Source of the DNA: a virus
IMG/VR virus record: IMGVR_UViG_3300045988_172839
Span: 160,001 to 224,000 of that record
Reading direction: 5' to 3' (one strand)
Length of the DNA stretch: 64,000 nt
In this document: positions 27,943-37,825 of the stretch, one piece after another
How positions within the stretch are numbered: position 1 is the stretch's first letter
How the letters are laid out: each line of letters opens with the position of its first letter
Notes under the pieces: model-generated
What the model was told of the DNA's origin: nothing
The model's input: only the letters and a program-made list of their open reading frames with translations
Database searches by the model: none
Translations under genes and position numbers: made by a program

Positions 27943-28737
27943 TTAATGACTCACTACATTAAACTTGTTACGAAACTCAGTAAGTTCTTCTTCTAGCTCA
28001 ACCATAACCTTACCTAAATCCTTGTAGGTAGTAAATGACTTGTGAACTGACAAGATCTGTTCAAATGAACCTGTATAGTCCTCATCATGAACGTACAAAT
28101 TTTCTGCACGTGTTTGAATACAAATATTACTGTTTTTAAATCTAAGTGAACAAAACTCAGACTCAAAAGTTAAAGTGTCATTTACAATCAAAACATAAGG
28201 GCGCTTTACAACCAAAATACAATCATAAGAGTCCATGTATTGATTTGTGTAAGTAAAATATAATTTATCCAAAAAATTATCATAAGACTTGAAAGTAAGA
28301 CTTGCACCATTCAAGTAAAGCAAACTTTTAACTTTAAACACACTACTTACTAATTTCAAAGAACCTTGAAGCCATAATTGGATATCCTCAAAAGTAATGA
28401 TTTGGTTAAAAGACTCCACCAAACCATAGAAAACACGCTTATCTTTAGGGTCAAGAACTTTAAAACTAGAGAGGCCTTCTTTCGAATCTCTATCATTAAC
28501 GATAAATACCCAATTACGTTTGTAATCAATACTTAAAGCCAATCCTAATTCACATTTCACCAATTCATTTTGAAGTTTTTGAATCAGATGGCTTAGAGTC
28601 TCATCTTCTAACAAACTGGAAGCTTTATCCTTCGCCAAACTTTCTTGTGCTTTTACGAGTTGTTGTCTTGCTCTCAAAGAACCAAGTTTGTCCTCTAACT
28701 CTTTAATTTCTTTATCTAATTCTACGGAATTTGTCAT
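27943..28737 (-). CDS. Hypothetical protein (N-terminal coiled coil)
   Basis: 264 aa; own consensus promoter at 28769-28797. Confidence 0.65.
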   Translation of the reverse strand: MTNSVELDKEIKELEDKLGSLRARQQLVKAQESLAKDKASSLLEDETLSHLIQKLQNELVKCELGLALSIDYKRNWVFIVNDRDSKEGLSSFKVLDPKDKRVFYGLVESFNQIITFEDIQLWLQGSLKLVSSVFKVKSLLYLNGASLTFKSYDNFLDKLYFTYTNQYMDSYDCILVVKRPYVLIVNDTLTFESEFCSLRFKNSNICIQTRAENLYVHDEDYTGSFEQILSVHKSFTTYKDLGKVMVELEEELTEFRNKFNVVSH

Positions 28738-28768
28738 GTTTATTACCTTCTTTTACTCAATTTTCTTT

Positions 28769-28797
28769 ATTATATCAAAAACAAAAGAAAAAGTCAA
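28769..28797 (-). promoter_or_regulatory. Consensus extended -10 promoter
   Basis: TTGACT-17 nt-(TGA)TATAAT on the minus strand. Confidence 0.7.
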
Positions 28798-28846
28798 GTA
28801 ATACCCTCGACTTTTGTTGAACTTGTAAGATACCGCGAGCGAATTT

Positions 28847-29092
28847 TTAGCGATAAGACTTAAAGCTGTGGTTAATGTATCTTCGGTCTTTGTGTGCTGT
28901 CCACAAAAGACGGAGACCTTGTTCCGTTTGAAGGTATAGAGTCTCTACTACGCTTGTGATCGGTCTGTGGTCTGGTGTGCAAGCAGTTACTTTGCTATGG
29001 AAAACTGCAGTTATTGTCACGTCTTCTCCCTCTTTAGTTGGGAGGTTAAAATCTCGGATACCGAGAACTGTTGGTACTTCTTGAAGTTTCAT
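28847..29092 (-). CDS. Hypothetical protein
   Basis: 81-aa tiling ORF. Confidence 0.55.
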   Translation of the reverse strand: MKLQEVPTVLGIRDFNLPTKEGEDVTITAVFHSKVTACTPDHRPITSVVETLYLQTEQGLRLLWTAHKDRRYINHSFKSYR

Positions 29093-29108
29093 GTGTCAAA
29101 CCTACTTT

Positions 29109-29552
29109 CTAATAATTCTCTTGAGCTAAAGCAAAAACCGACCCTTGAGTGGTCAATAGCAACCAATTTAACGGTGAATCATGTTTTGTGCGCAGATGCA
29201 AAGCATCAAAACTTAGAGGAACTTTCGTACTAAACGTAATCAATTCTTGCCAACATAAATGTGCCAAGGGTTTAATCGGTTCGTAAACTTTAGTGTAGGA
29301 ATCAGTAAAACAGAGAACCCCTACTGTGTAAACCTCTGTTGTACCATCAGATAGTTCTTTTCGATAAGGTGGCTTTGTAATCCCAATATTTGTAAGAAGA
29401 CCAGCTTCAAATTGATCTAACTCCTTACTCAAAGGAGTTAAAGTGTCCCAAAATTTGTTGAGAAAACCCATGTCATACACGCTCATTGGGTCGTTTACTG
29501 GAAAATGGGATTTAGTAATACGAAGTTCAAATAATTGTACTGTTTTAGTCAT
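29109..29552 (-). CDS. Hypothetical protein
   Basis: Start set to ATG 29552 (MTKTVQ..., GAAAGGAAA RBS) downstream of promoter 29582-29610. Confidence 0.6.
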   Translation of the reverse strand: MTKTVQLFELRITKSHFPVNDPMSVYDMGFLNKFWDTLTPLSKELDQFEAGLLTNIGITKPPYRKELSDGTTEVYTVGVLCFTDSYTKVYEPIKPLAHLCWQELITFSTKVPLSFDALHLRTKHDSPLNWLLLTTQGSVFALAQENY

Positions 29553-29581
29553 TCTATTATTTCCTTTCATTTAATGATTTA

Positions 29582-29610
29582 ATTATATCAAAAACAGTAG
29601 AAAAAGTCAA
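29582..29610 (-). promoter_or_regulatory. Consensus extended -10 promoter
   Basis: TTGACT-17 nt-(TGA)TATAAT on the minus strand. Confidence 0.7.
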
Positions 29611-29611
29611 T

Positions 29612-29636
29612 ATAAAAAGAGCAAAAACTTGCTCTT
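29612..29636 (-). terminator. Intrinsic terminator
   Basis: 8-bp stem AAGAGCAA/TTGCTCTT, 4-nt loop, T-run on the minus strand, right after the 29640 stop. Confidence 0.7.
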
Positions 29637-29639
29637 TTC

Positions 29640-30281
29640 TTATATTTTTGTTACATCAGACCAACGTAAAACGTCTTTGTTGTAAGGGCTATACTTACTG
29701 TATCGAATGAACAATAAAACAACACCCATAGCAAGTAGTAAACTACCAAAGAAAGTAAAGGCTGGCACAAAACCATGTGTATTCACATAAGTTTGAAGTT
29801 GACTTCCCGAAATAGAAGCACCTTCGTTAGTAAATGGAGAAGGTACAGAGAGATCGTAAGAATCTCGGAACACCCACATCACAAACTTATTAACTAAAGG
29901 ACTAATTGCCAAAGCAAGTAGAGCAGAAATTAAAAGCATCCAATTTTCTAAATGATTTAATCTCTTATAGGCTTTAGATTTCTCTTTAGCACAAGTCAAA
30001 TAAAGGCGACCTTTCAACTTGAAAAATTTGCAGTAAATATAAGGACTTTCGAGTTTTCCCATGACGATACCCAGGTAATCATATTCCATAGTGTCTACAT
30101 CGGTCACATCAACTGTAAAGTCAACCATGTCAAGCTCTTTTGCCTTTTCGACTTCTGGTTGAATAAGTTCAGTTAGACGATTGAGTTTAGCTCTTTCAGT
30201 ATTTAGAGCACTGTCGTCAGTCAGCAAAGATTGATATTTTACTAATAACACTGAATAAGAATCGTTTTTAAATAGTTGCAT
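29640..30281 (-). CDS. Membrane protein (soluble N-domain + C-terminal TM helices)
   Basis: 213 aa; same architecture as the next two genes. Confidence 0.6.
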   Translation of the reverse strand: MQLFKNDSYSVLLVKYQSLLTDDSALNTERAKLNRLTELIQPEVEKAKELDMVDFTVDVTDVDTMEYDYLGIVMGKLESPYIYCKFFKLKGRLYLTCAKEKSKAYKRLNHLENWMLLISALLALAISPLVNKFVMWVFRDSYDLSVPSPFTNEGASISGSQLQTYVNTHGFVPAFTFFGSLLLAMGVVLLFIRYSKYSPYNKDVLRWSDVTKI

Positions 30282-30319
30282 TGAAATTTCCTTTCAAATA
30301 AATTACGCTTATGATTTTA

Positions 30320-30952
30320 TCATAAAATACTTGGTTTGTCAATAGAATCAAGCGTTCCGAAGTATAACAAATTCTCCAGTTTCTTACCCCATGCAGTTCC
30401 CTTAAACCAAACCACATATAAGTCAAGTGAACCTAAAGAAATGACTACAGATAAAAGGAATGTCAAGAAAACATAGAAAATATAACTAAGTGGAGGTATC
30501 ATCGGATGATTGGGTCTTGGTAAGTTAGCTTTCAAAAAGTCAAAAAGCCCATAAAAAGCAAGACCACTTACGGTAAAAGCAAAAATAGGAAGTGACATAT
30601 AACCTAAAACAAAAGCAAAAACCTGCAAAAGATACCGAATGTACTCTTCTTTGGGTTTGTTCTTGTACAAAGTTAGTTCAAAATCGTCACCTACTTTGAC
30701 CCACTTATAGTAAGTGTAATCAAGGTTCAAATCCTCAATAACCTCTGAGAGTAAACCTAAACTAAAAAGCTCCTTTGACAAAATTCGAAGAGTTAACTTT
30801 TTTGATCCGCATAATGAAGGAGAAAAACTCAAAGTCTTAGTCATTACTTCAAAAACCTTATCTCTCACCGATTGAGACATAGGAGAGCTAACAATATCTT
30901 TAGGCAAGAAAACATAAGCATCATCGAAATAAGTTTGAATAAAATCAATCAT
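30320..30952 (-). CDS. Membrane protein, paralog of 30945-31547
   Basis: Shares (E/L)LTLYK(N/T)(K/R)P followed by multi-TM region. Confidence 0.6.
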   Translation of the reverse strand: MIDFIQTYFDDAYVFLPKDIVSSPMSQSVRDKVFEVMTKTLSFSPSLCGSKKLTLRILSKELFSLGLLSEVIEDLNLDYTYYKWVKVGDDFELTLYKNKPKEEYIRYLLQVFAFVLGYMSLPIFAFTVSGLAFYGLFDFLKANLPRPNHPMIPPLSYIFYVFLTFLLSVVISLGSLDLYVVWFKGTAWGKKLENLLYFGTLDSIDKPSIL

Positions 30953-31547
30953 TTTCTACCACCTTATCAAATCTTATTGTATGTTCAAATTCTTTTGCGA
31001 CTTTCGAATAGCGAAACAGTACGCTTGCAACCGTATTAGAACTTATTAGCACAAAGAAGACTGTTAGGAAGTTCAAGAGAATTGTAACTAAAAAAGACGA
31101 AGCAAACTGCGATTTTACAAGTTCCAAGCCGGGAGACAATACCTCAAATATCAAGGAAGCCGTCATCAAAGCAAGTATCAACCAAAGCAACCCTCTCAAT
31201 AATATAGCTAAATATAGCCGAGAAATCGCTTCTGGGCGAGTTTTATATAGAGTGAGTAGAAAGTTACCTTCAAACTTCTCAAGGCGCGTGTAGGCGATTT
31301 TAGAGCCGATTTTTGATAGTGCTTTTGAAAGCAAACTATAGTTGAACTTTGAAGGGGTTAAAAGAGTGAATGTCAAGCTCTCTAAGTTATTCTTCTCCAT
31401 AAAGTCTAACTGAGGAGTTAATTCCTCAATCATAAAACCCAGTGTTTCTCTATCATATTCTGCTTGACGGTCTTTCTTTCGTTGTTCTAATTCTTTCAAT
31501 TTGCGATTTTCATCGCCAAATAAAAATCCTAACCAGAACATTATCAA
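30945..31547 (-). CDS. Membrane protein, paralog of 30320-30952
   Basis: 200 aa; LLTLYKTRPEAISRLYLAILL then TM helices; overlaps both neighbours. Confidence 0.6.
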   Translation of the reverse strand: MIMFWLGFLFGDENRKLKELEQRKKDRQAEYDRETLGFMIEELTPQLDFMEKNNLESLTFTLLTPSKFNYSLLSKALSKIGSKIAYTRLEKFEGNFLLTLYKTRPEAISRLYLAILLRGLLWLILALMTASLIFEVLSPGLELVKSQFASSFLVTILLNFLTVFFVLISSNTVASVLFRYSKVAKEFEHTIRFDKVVEND

Positions 31548-32050
31548 AGTCCTCCCCCAAGCTTAAATTCCAAGGATACGGTGTGACTTCCCCTAAGTCC
31601 TGTAATCGTAATTGTCTCAGAACTTGCAGAGAAACCAAATGGAAATTGTAAGGCTTGTCTTACTTCTCTTGTAGTTAAAGGTAGCAAGTCAGTAAACCAC
31701 ACATGAACCTCAGTGTCTTGCAACTCTGTGAAATCTAAGTGGTCTGAGCTGCGCATTACTCGTGCAATGTCAGTAGGTGGAATAACTGCAACCCTTACCC
31801 AATTAGGTGCAAGTGCTTGAACTACTGCTACTACTTTACCTCTTAGATAAACATAAGTATGGTAAACAAAACCATCAGACATGGGGTTAATTGAACCCTC
31901 AATCTTAAAATCAAACTCATAGTCTTTAAGTTTACCATAGCTTCCAAATTCTTCACTCACTAATGCTTGTTTGATAAAAGCTGAAAGCTTTCTGAACGCT
32001 ACTTTTTGTTTCTGAAAATAGGGGAATGTTTCAAGTAAAATTGTGTCCAT
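31544..32050 (-). CDS. Hypothetical protein
   Basis: 168-aa tiling ORF, ATGA overlap. Confidence 0.6.
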   Translation of the reverse strand: MDTILLETFPYFQKQKVAFRKLSAFIKQALVSEEFGSYGKLKDYEFDFKIEGSINPMSDGFVYHTYVYLRGKVVAVVQALAPNWVRVAVIPPTDIARVMRSSDHLDFTELQDTEVHVWFTDLLPLTTREVRQALQFPFGFSASSETITITGLRGSHTVSLEFKLGGGL

Positions 32051-32064
32051 AACTTAACTCCATT

Positions 32065-32358
32065 CTAACCAAAATCATACTCAATGAACAAATTAAATTC
32101 ATTCTTTCTGCTATGTGGAGTCAACCACAAACCTTTAACCTTATAAGGTTTTTCAATGCGCTCAAGGGAACGCATAAGACCATGCAATTCTTTCATATTG
32201 TCAACGTAGTAGTGAGGGTAAGCGCCCCAATTATAATTTTCAACTTTACCATGTTGGCGAAGCTTTTTGTGTGATACCCCTGGTGTGTTACGTAGCAAGT
32301 TATAAAACTCTTCTCTCATGCTAATGTTAGATGAAATCCAAATTTTTGTTGAGTTCAT
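32065..32358 (-). CDS. Hypothetical protein
   Basis: 97-aa tiling ORF. Confidence 0.6.
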   Translation of the reverse strand: MNSTKIWISSNISMREEFYNLLRNTPGVSHKKLRQHGKVENYNWGAYPHYYVDNMKELHGLMRSLERIEKPYKVKGLWLTPHSRKNEFNLFIEYDFG

Positions 32359-32375
32359 GTAATTTTCCTTTCAAT

Positions 32376-32756
32376 CTAATTCAAAACATCATTTAAATTT
32401 AAATCCAGTTGTGTGACTTTCTCAATCTCGTCCCACTTGTTTTCAAAAGCACTTTTGTACTCATCAGAAGGTGGTTGAGTTTTCGAATACGACACTATAG
32501 CTAACAACTCCTCTAAGGTCAACTTAGCTAATTTCATGGGTTTAACAGAATGTTCAACAAAGTCTTCATGCACTACTGTCTTTACAATCTCACCTTTGTC
32601 CGTCATGTGAAACTTATGTTCCAACAAAACTTTACCTAAAGGGTCTACGATAGCGTGAGTCCCAAAATGTTTCTCACTTAAAGCCAAGTAATTCAACAAA
32701 ATTTGAACATCTGAGCCAACAGTTTGTACTGCTTGTAGTAGTTGTTTTATGCGCAT
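32376..32756 (-). CDS. Hypothetical protein, paralog of 32756-33115
   Basis: Start set to ATG 32756 (TAATG stop/start overlap); shares (V/L)TL..L..I..SK.Q.P region. Confidence 0.55.
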   Translation of the reverse strand: MRIKQLLQAVQTVGSDVQILLNYLALSEKHFGTHAIVDPLGKVLLEHKFHMTDKGEIVKTVVHEDFVEHSVKPMKLAKLTLEELLAIVSYSKTQPPSDEYKSAFENKWDEIEKVTQLDLNLNDVLN

Positions 32757-33115
32757 TATACTTCTCCAATCAAAAACTTGATTTCTTCCCAATTAGTTGC
32801 ACAAATTCCTCTATATCTCAAAGGAGCTTGGTGTTTACTGCGCTCAATAGCATTTTCTAAATCAGCTAAAGTAACTTCCATAGGAAAACCTTTAGATTGC
32901 TCAAAAGTTTCAAAAGATACCGATTTTCGCAGTTGACCATCTACGGTTGCATAAATGTCAACCTCCAAAAGAGAACCATCCGGGGATGTATGTAAATACT
33001 GTAATGTATTTGATGGTGTTTGTTTCAAGTATCTACCAACTGTTAAAAATCCTTCAACTTCACTATGTTCCATTACTTGTCCCAAGTTATTTAAAATTAT
33101 TTCTTCTTTTTTCAT
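32756..33115 (-). CDS. Hypothetical protein, paralog of 32376-32756
   Basis: 119-aa tiling ORF. Confidence 0.6.
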   Translation of the reverse strand: MKKEEIILNNLGQVMEHSEVEGFLTVGRYLKQTPSNTLQYLHTSPDGSLLEVDIYATVDGQLRKSVSFETFEQSKGFPMEVTLADLENAIERSKHQAPLRYRGICATNWEEIKFLIGEV

Positions 33116-33120
33116 TTTTT

Positions 33121-33678
33121 TTACTCCTTACAATCCAAAGCCTTTTGAAACTCTTCACTTGTGTGTTGAGTTCCACCCTTGTTAATCAAAACATAAAAGT
33201 CAATTAAGTCATTCCAAGCTTCAATGTAAGAGTGGACAATGCTGATTGGATACCGCTTGATATTTAGCCATTCTTGGAAAGACAAATCAGTTACATAATA
33301 TTCTTTACCCTCAAAGGTAATCGGAAATTGACCTGTTAAAAACTCTAAAATTGCAGTAAACCGTTGTTGACCATCAAATAAAACGTGATCCATTTTAGCA
33401 CGTTTTTCATCCTCGTCAAACCACCAATCGTTTAGGTAAAACGCACCAATAGGCAAACCATTAAGCATAGATACAATCAAATTCTCCTTCTGCTCTTGTG
33501 TCCAAACCAGTCCACGTTGAAACTCTGGGAACCAAGAACCGTTAGGATGTTCCTCACAGTATGTTGTGTAAGTATTGTACAAACTTTCAAAGCTAGAGGA
33601 ATATGTGTCACACCGAACTGTCTTAATATCAACACCTTGATTTTCTTTATTTGGTCGAAATTTAGATAGATTAGACAT
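33121..33678 (-). CDS. Stand-alone DUF262 (ParB/GmrSD N-terminal-like) domain protein
   Basis: FQRGLVWTQEQKENLIVSMLNGLPIGAFYL ... FDGQQRFTAILEF matches the QR..VW / DGQQR signature of DUF262. Confidence 0.65.
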   Translation of the reverse strand: MSNLSKFRPNKENQGVDIKTVRCDTYSSSFESLYNTYTTYCEEHPNGSWFPEFQRGLVWTQEQKENLIVSMLNGLPIGAFYLNDWWFDEDEKRAKMDHVLFDGQQRFTAILEFLTGQFPITFEGKEYYVTDLSFQEWLNIKRYPISIVHSYIEAWNDLIDFYVLINKGGTQHTSEEFQKALDCKE

Positions 33679-33679
33679 C

Positions 33680-34078
33680 TCAAAGCTCCTTCTTTAATTG
33701 CATAAGCGTCAATTCTTGTCCAAACATGAAATAAAAATACTTCCCTTGCGATACATAATCTCTTACTGCTCTTACAAAAGCTAATTGACGAGTCTTAGAA
33801 CTCTCTAACTTCAACTGATTTGTTTCATTCAACTTCAAGTTCAAAATGCGAGTAATATACTCTTTTTGCGAAGGTGTAAGCTCAGACATAGCGTAGATAC
33901 CCAATTCACGAGCGAAAACTTTTCTTAAATCATTGAACAATGCTTTACGGTTACGTTGTCCATTGTGTATAGGTTGCAAATAACCCTTACCTTTTGCCCC
34001 ATGACCTTTAAAACCTTGATAATCTCCACGAATTACCATAGACTCCAATTTGTTAAAATCTAGTAGTGTTGGTTTCAT
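33680..34078 (-). CDS. Hypothetical protein
   Basis: 132 aa; own consensus promoter and GGAG RBS. Confidence 0.65.
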   Translation of the reverse strand: MKPTLLDFNKLESMVIRGDYQGFKGHGAKGKGYLQPIHNGQRNRKALFNDLRKVFARELGIYAMSELTPSQKEYITRILNLKLNETNQLKLESSKTRQLAFVRAVRDYVSQGKYFYFMFGQELTLMQLKKEL

Positions 34079-34107
34079 AACCTTTTCTCCTTTTCTTAAT
34101 TATCTCT

Positions 34108-34136
34108 ATTATATCAAAATAATTAAATTAAGTCAA
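34108..34136 (-). promoter_or_regulatory. Consensus extended -10 promoter
   Basis: TTGACT-17 nt-(TGA)TATAAT on the minus strand. Confidence 0.7.
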
Positions 34137-34140
34137 GCAA

Positions 34141-34163
34141 AAAGAGAGGATATACCTCTCTTT
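34141..34163 (-). terminator. Intrinsic (bidirectional-looking) terminator
   Basis: 9-bp stem AAAGAGAGG/CCTCTCTTT, loop ATATA, A-run and T-run on both sides. Confidence 0.75.
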
Positions 34164-34177
34164 TCTTCAATTCAAGT

Positions 34178-34774
34178 TTACCTCGGAATTTCTTTAATTT
34201 GTACAGTTTGATTTACGAACATATCTTCAAAAGACTTAAATGTATTTTGAAGCCAATCAAGATTTTCAACCACTTCTGTTTCGTGAATCGCTCGTTTTAA
34301 AATAGCTCTAGTACGAACAGGGAATTTTTCGCTAGGTATAAGAACTTTTTCAAGTGCTATCTCACCAACTTTGTTACCCAAACGAGTTAAGTCTTTTTCA
34401 TAATACTTATAAGCTATAATAACTAACGTTTCATTAACATATTTGAAAAGGTAAGTTATATCTTTTAAAGTTAAAGTTAAACTGTCATCTTCTAACATAG
34501 TTGCTCTGTAAAAAGACCCTTTGAAATACTTAGCTAACTGTACATATAAGTATAAGTTACTCTCTTGGTAATCTAACCACTCTACCAAATCTAAGTAGTA
34601 ATCACTAACAATATATGCAATTAGATCAAAGCTAGGCTTCGAGTGATAGCTTAATCTCAACAAACCCCACGTAGGTTCAAAATCGAATTTGAGTTGGGAG
34701 ATACCGCTATCCTTTAACCTTTGATTTAGTTCCGTTACTTTCTTTTCAACTTGTGTTCTTTGTTCTAAATTCAT
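34178..34774 (-). CDS. Hypothetical protein, tandem paralog family B
   Basis: NLEQRTQVEKKVTELNQRLKDSGISQLKFDFEP parallels NLEERTQIENRVAQLNQQVKDSGIPQLHYDFDS in the neighbour. Confidence 0.65.
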   Translation of the reverse strand: MNLEQRTQVEKKVTELNQRLKDSGISQLKFDFEPTWGLLRLSYHSKPSFDLIAYIVSDYYLDLVEWLDYQESNLYLYVQLAKYFKGSFYRATMLEDDSLTLTLKDITYLFKYVNETLVIIAYKYYEKDLTRLGNKVGEIALEKVLIPSEKFPVRTRAILKRAIHETEVVENLDWLQNTFKSFEDMFVNQTVQIKEIPR

Positions 34775-35425
34775 CTAATTAACCTCACTAAATTCTACGG
34801 TACGTTCAAATTCTTTAAATGTATCTTGCACGAAATCTAAAAAGTCGATTAACTCAGTCTCAGACAAATTTCGAGTTATTGAAACTTTTGTACCTAGATA
34901 TTCACGATTATATAGGGGAGTTACACATTCTAACTTCAACTCACCCACTTCCAAACCCAATTTAACTAAATCCTTACCAAAGTAATATTTAAAAGCAGTA
35001 ACTACTAAATGCTCTTTATCATAACTAAAAATATAAGCCAGTCGATTTAAAACCAAAGTAACTGTAGAATCATTTGGAATGATAGCGTGGGCAAAACCGT
35101 CTCCGAAATATGAAATAAGTTGTTTATACAAGTAAAATTGAGTTTCTTGAGTTTTCAACCACTCAAGTATTTCTATTGGAGTAGAGTCTACAACAGAACC
35201 AACCCATTCATTATAGCCATTAGCAATATAACTTAACTGAACTAAGTCACCCTCAGAATCAAAATCATAATGCAGTTGAGGGATACCACTATCCTTTACT
35301 TGCTGATTTAGTTGTGCTACTCTGTTTTCAATTTGTGTTCTTTCTTCTAAATTCACTGACAAACCCCCTTTGTATTTCGTTCCCCTATAAGCGTTCTTAG
35401 TCCTAAGTTTGAATAGGTTAAACAC
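34775..35425 (-). CDS. Hypothetical protein, tandem paralog family B
   Basis: 216 aa; see 34178-34774. Confidence 0.65.
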   Translation of the reverse strand: MFNLFKLRTKNAYRGTKYKGGLSVNLEERTQIENRVAQLNQQVKDSGIPQLHYDFDSEGDLVQLSYIANGYNEWVGSVVDSTPIEILEWLKTQETQFYLYKQLISYFGDGFAHAIIPNDSTVTLVLNRLAYIFSYDKEHLVVTAFKYYFGKDLVKLGLEVGELKLECVTPLYNREYLGTKVSITRNLSETELIDFLDFVQDTFKEFERTVEFSEVN

Positions 35426-35428
35426 GTT

Positions 35429-35815
35429 TTAGGAATTTTCTCCATCAGAAACCAGTTCTTCATATTTAATAATATAAGAAACCTTAGACCAAACTCTCTT
35501 ATCATAAAATGTAATGGGGATAAAAGAATATAAATCCCCCACTAAATATTGATAAATCAGTCTTAAAGCATCTTCTTTTACAGAGGTGTTCAAACCACTT
35601 GGGTCGGAACAAATAAAACTACCTACGTTTAAATCATCTGCAGTCAGGTCTGCAAACTCAAACTCTGAACGCATAAAATTAATACCGAAGTCAATAACTG
35701 CTGACAAGTCTTCACTTTCGATTGTTTGCAGCAAACTCAATTTAAACTCCGATTCGTTAGCTTTTATGGAAGAATAAGGCTCCCTGTAAATTTCAATTCT
35801 GTGCATCATAATCAA
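35429..35815 (-). CDS. Hypothetical protein
   Basis: 128-aa tiling ORF, ATGA overlap upstream. Confidence 0.6.
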   Translation of the reverse strand: MIMMHRIEIYREPYSSIKANESEFKLSLLQTIESEDLSAVIDFGINFMRSEFEFADLTADDLNVGSFICSDPSGLNTSVKEDALRLIYQYLVGDLYSFIPITFYDKRVWSKVSYIIKYEELVSDGENS

Positions 35816-37242
35816 TCTCCTACTTCAAGCAAACCCTCACTGAGCATAAAAGGCAAAGGTGCTTGTTTTAATTTTTCTTTTGGAACACACTCAGACAAAG
35901 CAGACTCAGATGCTCTAGCCATGTCAATCAACCAAAAATCAGAGCCGTTTTGCATCACATCGATAGACCACTGACCTTTCAATTTACAGTCTTTGAGCAG
36001 GTTTGAAACCTCAGATACCACTAAGTCTTTGTTCTCTTCATAACGTTTCATGAGAGTTTCTTCATGGTTGATATAGTTGATGTAATCGTGCTGTTTTTGA
36101 ACATCATTTAAACTACCTAAGTCCAAGAAGTGTTCTTTCATAACTGAGGGTTCCCAGTATGGGGAGATGCCGATAATCTCTTTTGTATCGAAGTCTACAA
36201 ACACTCGATATTCTGTATGTAAAGGTAAACCATTATAAATTGTAGGATTATCTTCTTTGTCCTCAATGAACTCTCGAACCACCCACTCATTGTTAGAAGA
36301 AACTCCATAAACCACCTGATTATTTAAAGGCGAAGCGAACTGACTTGCTTGGTGTTGAATAAACCACAAGTAAGAGCCTAGCTCTGAAACTTCTTGACCT
36401 TTGGTAACTTTGGCGTTTCTAAAGTCAAACTTAGATGAAAACGTACCTGTTTTGATAAAGTAGTCTTTCTCTAAATCTAAATCGAAAACCTTTTGAGCAT
36501 ATTGGTTGATAATCCCAAGACTTAAAGGGTTTAAATCTTGAAACTCATAGACACGTGTACTTTGTAATAGCGTTAATGGCACTTTGATAATACGAGTTTT
36601 TGGGATTTTGAAAAACCTAGTTTTATCTACAACTTGCTTAATTGGAAGCAACCAATTTGACATAGCATTTGGGTCTAAATGCAATAGGCGATAAAGCAAC
36701 TCATCAATATCCAAAATATCTAACCCTTGGCGGAACGTATGATAAAAGTGCATGTTTCTTGTCTCAACGTAGCGTTTATAAAGACTAAGTAAGGTTTTAC
36801 CACTAGGTTCAGGAACATCTTGCTTTGCGAGATACCCTGTGAACTGCACTCCAAGTTGTTTTTCCAACTTCGGAGCTACTTCTTTCTCATAGTGTTGAAT
36901 AGGGTTTGGTAAAGCTAGTACATCTCCTACTTCGGAATCCCAAATTATAGTCTGAGAGACCAACTCCTCTACTATCTTCTTAACAACCTCTTCTGTTTCT
37001 GAGGTCAAATCTACTAATTTATCTGATTTTGCAATTTGTTTTTGAGCGTTCTGTTGAGCTAAGTTAGGCGTTTCTAACTTACTCTCAACTTCTTCATAAG
37101 CACTCTCAAAGGCACTTTGTCTCACTGAATTGTTTTTAATAAGCAAAGCTAAAGTGTCAAGTTCAGCTTTGCTATATGACCGTTTAGGACTTAAATCCGA
37201 TAAAATAGACTTAGACTTCAAATTTTTAAATAAATCAAACAT
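35812..37242 (-). CDS. ATP-grasp-like protein (tentative)
   Basis: 476 aa; EYRVFVDFDTKEIIG and GQWSIDVMQNGSDFWLIDMA resemble ATP-grasp C-terminal strands; no search possible. Confidence 0.4.
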   Translation of the reverse strand: MFDLFKNLKSKSILSDLSPKRSYSKAELDTLALLIKNNSVRQSAFESAYEEVESKLETPNLAQQNAQKQIAKSDKLVDLTSETEEVVKKIVEELVSQTIIWDSEVGDVLALPNPIQHYEKEVAPKLEKQLGVQFTGYLAKQDVPEPSGKTLLSLYKRYVETRNMHFYHTFRQGLDILDIDELLYRLLHLDPNAMSNWLLPIKQVVDKTRFFKIPKTRIIKVPLTLLQSTRVYEFQDLNPLSLGIINQYAQKVFDLDLEKDYFIKTGTFSSKFDFRNAKVTKGQEVSELGSYLWFIQHQASQFASPLNNQVVYGVSSNNEWVVREFIEDKEDNPTIYNGLPLHTEYRVFVDFDTKEIIGISPYWEPSVMKEHFLDLGSLNDVQKQHDYINYINHEETLMKRYEENKDLVVSEVSNLLKDCKLKGQWSIDVMQNGSDFWLIDMARASESALSECVPKEKLKQAPLPFMLSEGLLEVGD

Positions 37243-37272
37243 TGGACTTCTTTCTTTTCTAGTTAGTTAGAT

Positions 37273-37560
37273 TTAAAATTTGGGAAGGAACTCAAAAGTA
37301 TGATACCCTTTCCTTATATTTCTGAGGTGCAAATCCAACTCTTCCAAAGTTTTAAAGTAGTTGGTACATTTAACTTCCCCAATTTTATCACTTTTACGCA
37401 AGACTTCAATTACCTTATAATCCCAGTCTCTTGAAATAATGCGGATATGGTGCGTATTGAAACCTCGTCTTAAGGTGAAATCATAAAGCGAACCATTACT
37501 TTCGAAGTCTGGTTCATCAAAAATTTCTTGGATTATAGTTGTTAACTCAGACATACTCAA
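37273..37560 (-). CDS. Hypothetical protein
   Basis: 95-aa tiling ORF. Confidence 0.6.
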   Translation of the reverse strand: MSMSELTTIIQEIFDEPDFESNGSLYDFTLRRGFNTHHIRIISRDWDYKVIEVLRKSDKIGEVKCTNYFKTLEELDLHLRNIRKGYHTFEFLPKF

Positions 37561-37820
37561 CCTCTGGGACTCAAATCGAACAAACTTAAAAAGTTCTTCA
37601 AATAAGCAAGAGATTTGAACTTGTGCGTTTTGGAGATACTACTTACTAGTTCTTTAGAGGTGTAGGTTTCAACAACCTTAACGAAATTACCTACTTGTAT
37701 CAAAGTAAGTACAAACTCATCAGCACCTCGGTTGAAAACAAGCGTTAAAACATCTTCCGTTCGCTCAAGCTCTGTATATTTCAATTCCTTTTCGATAAAT
37801 TGTTTAACTTCTTCTAACAT
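37557..37820 (-). CDS. Hypothetical protein
   Basis: 87-aa tiling ORF, 4-nt overlap. Confidence 0.6.
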   Translation of the reverse strand: MLEEVKQFIEKELKYTELERTEDVLTLVFNRGADEFVLTLIQVGNFVKVVETYTSKELVSSISKTHKFKSLAYLKNFLSLFDLSPRG

Positions 37821-37825
37821 ACTCT

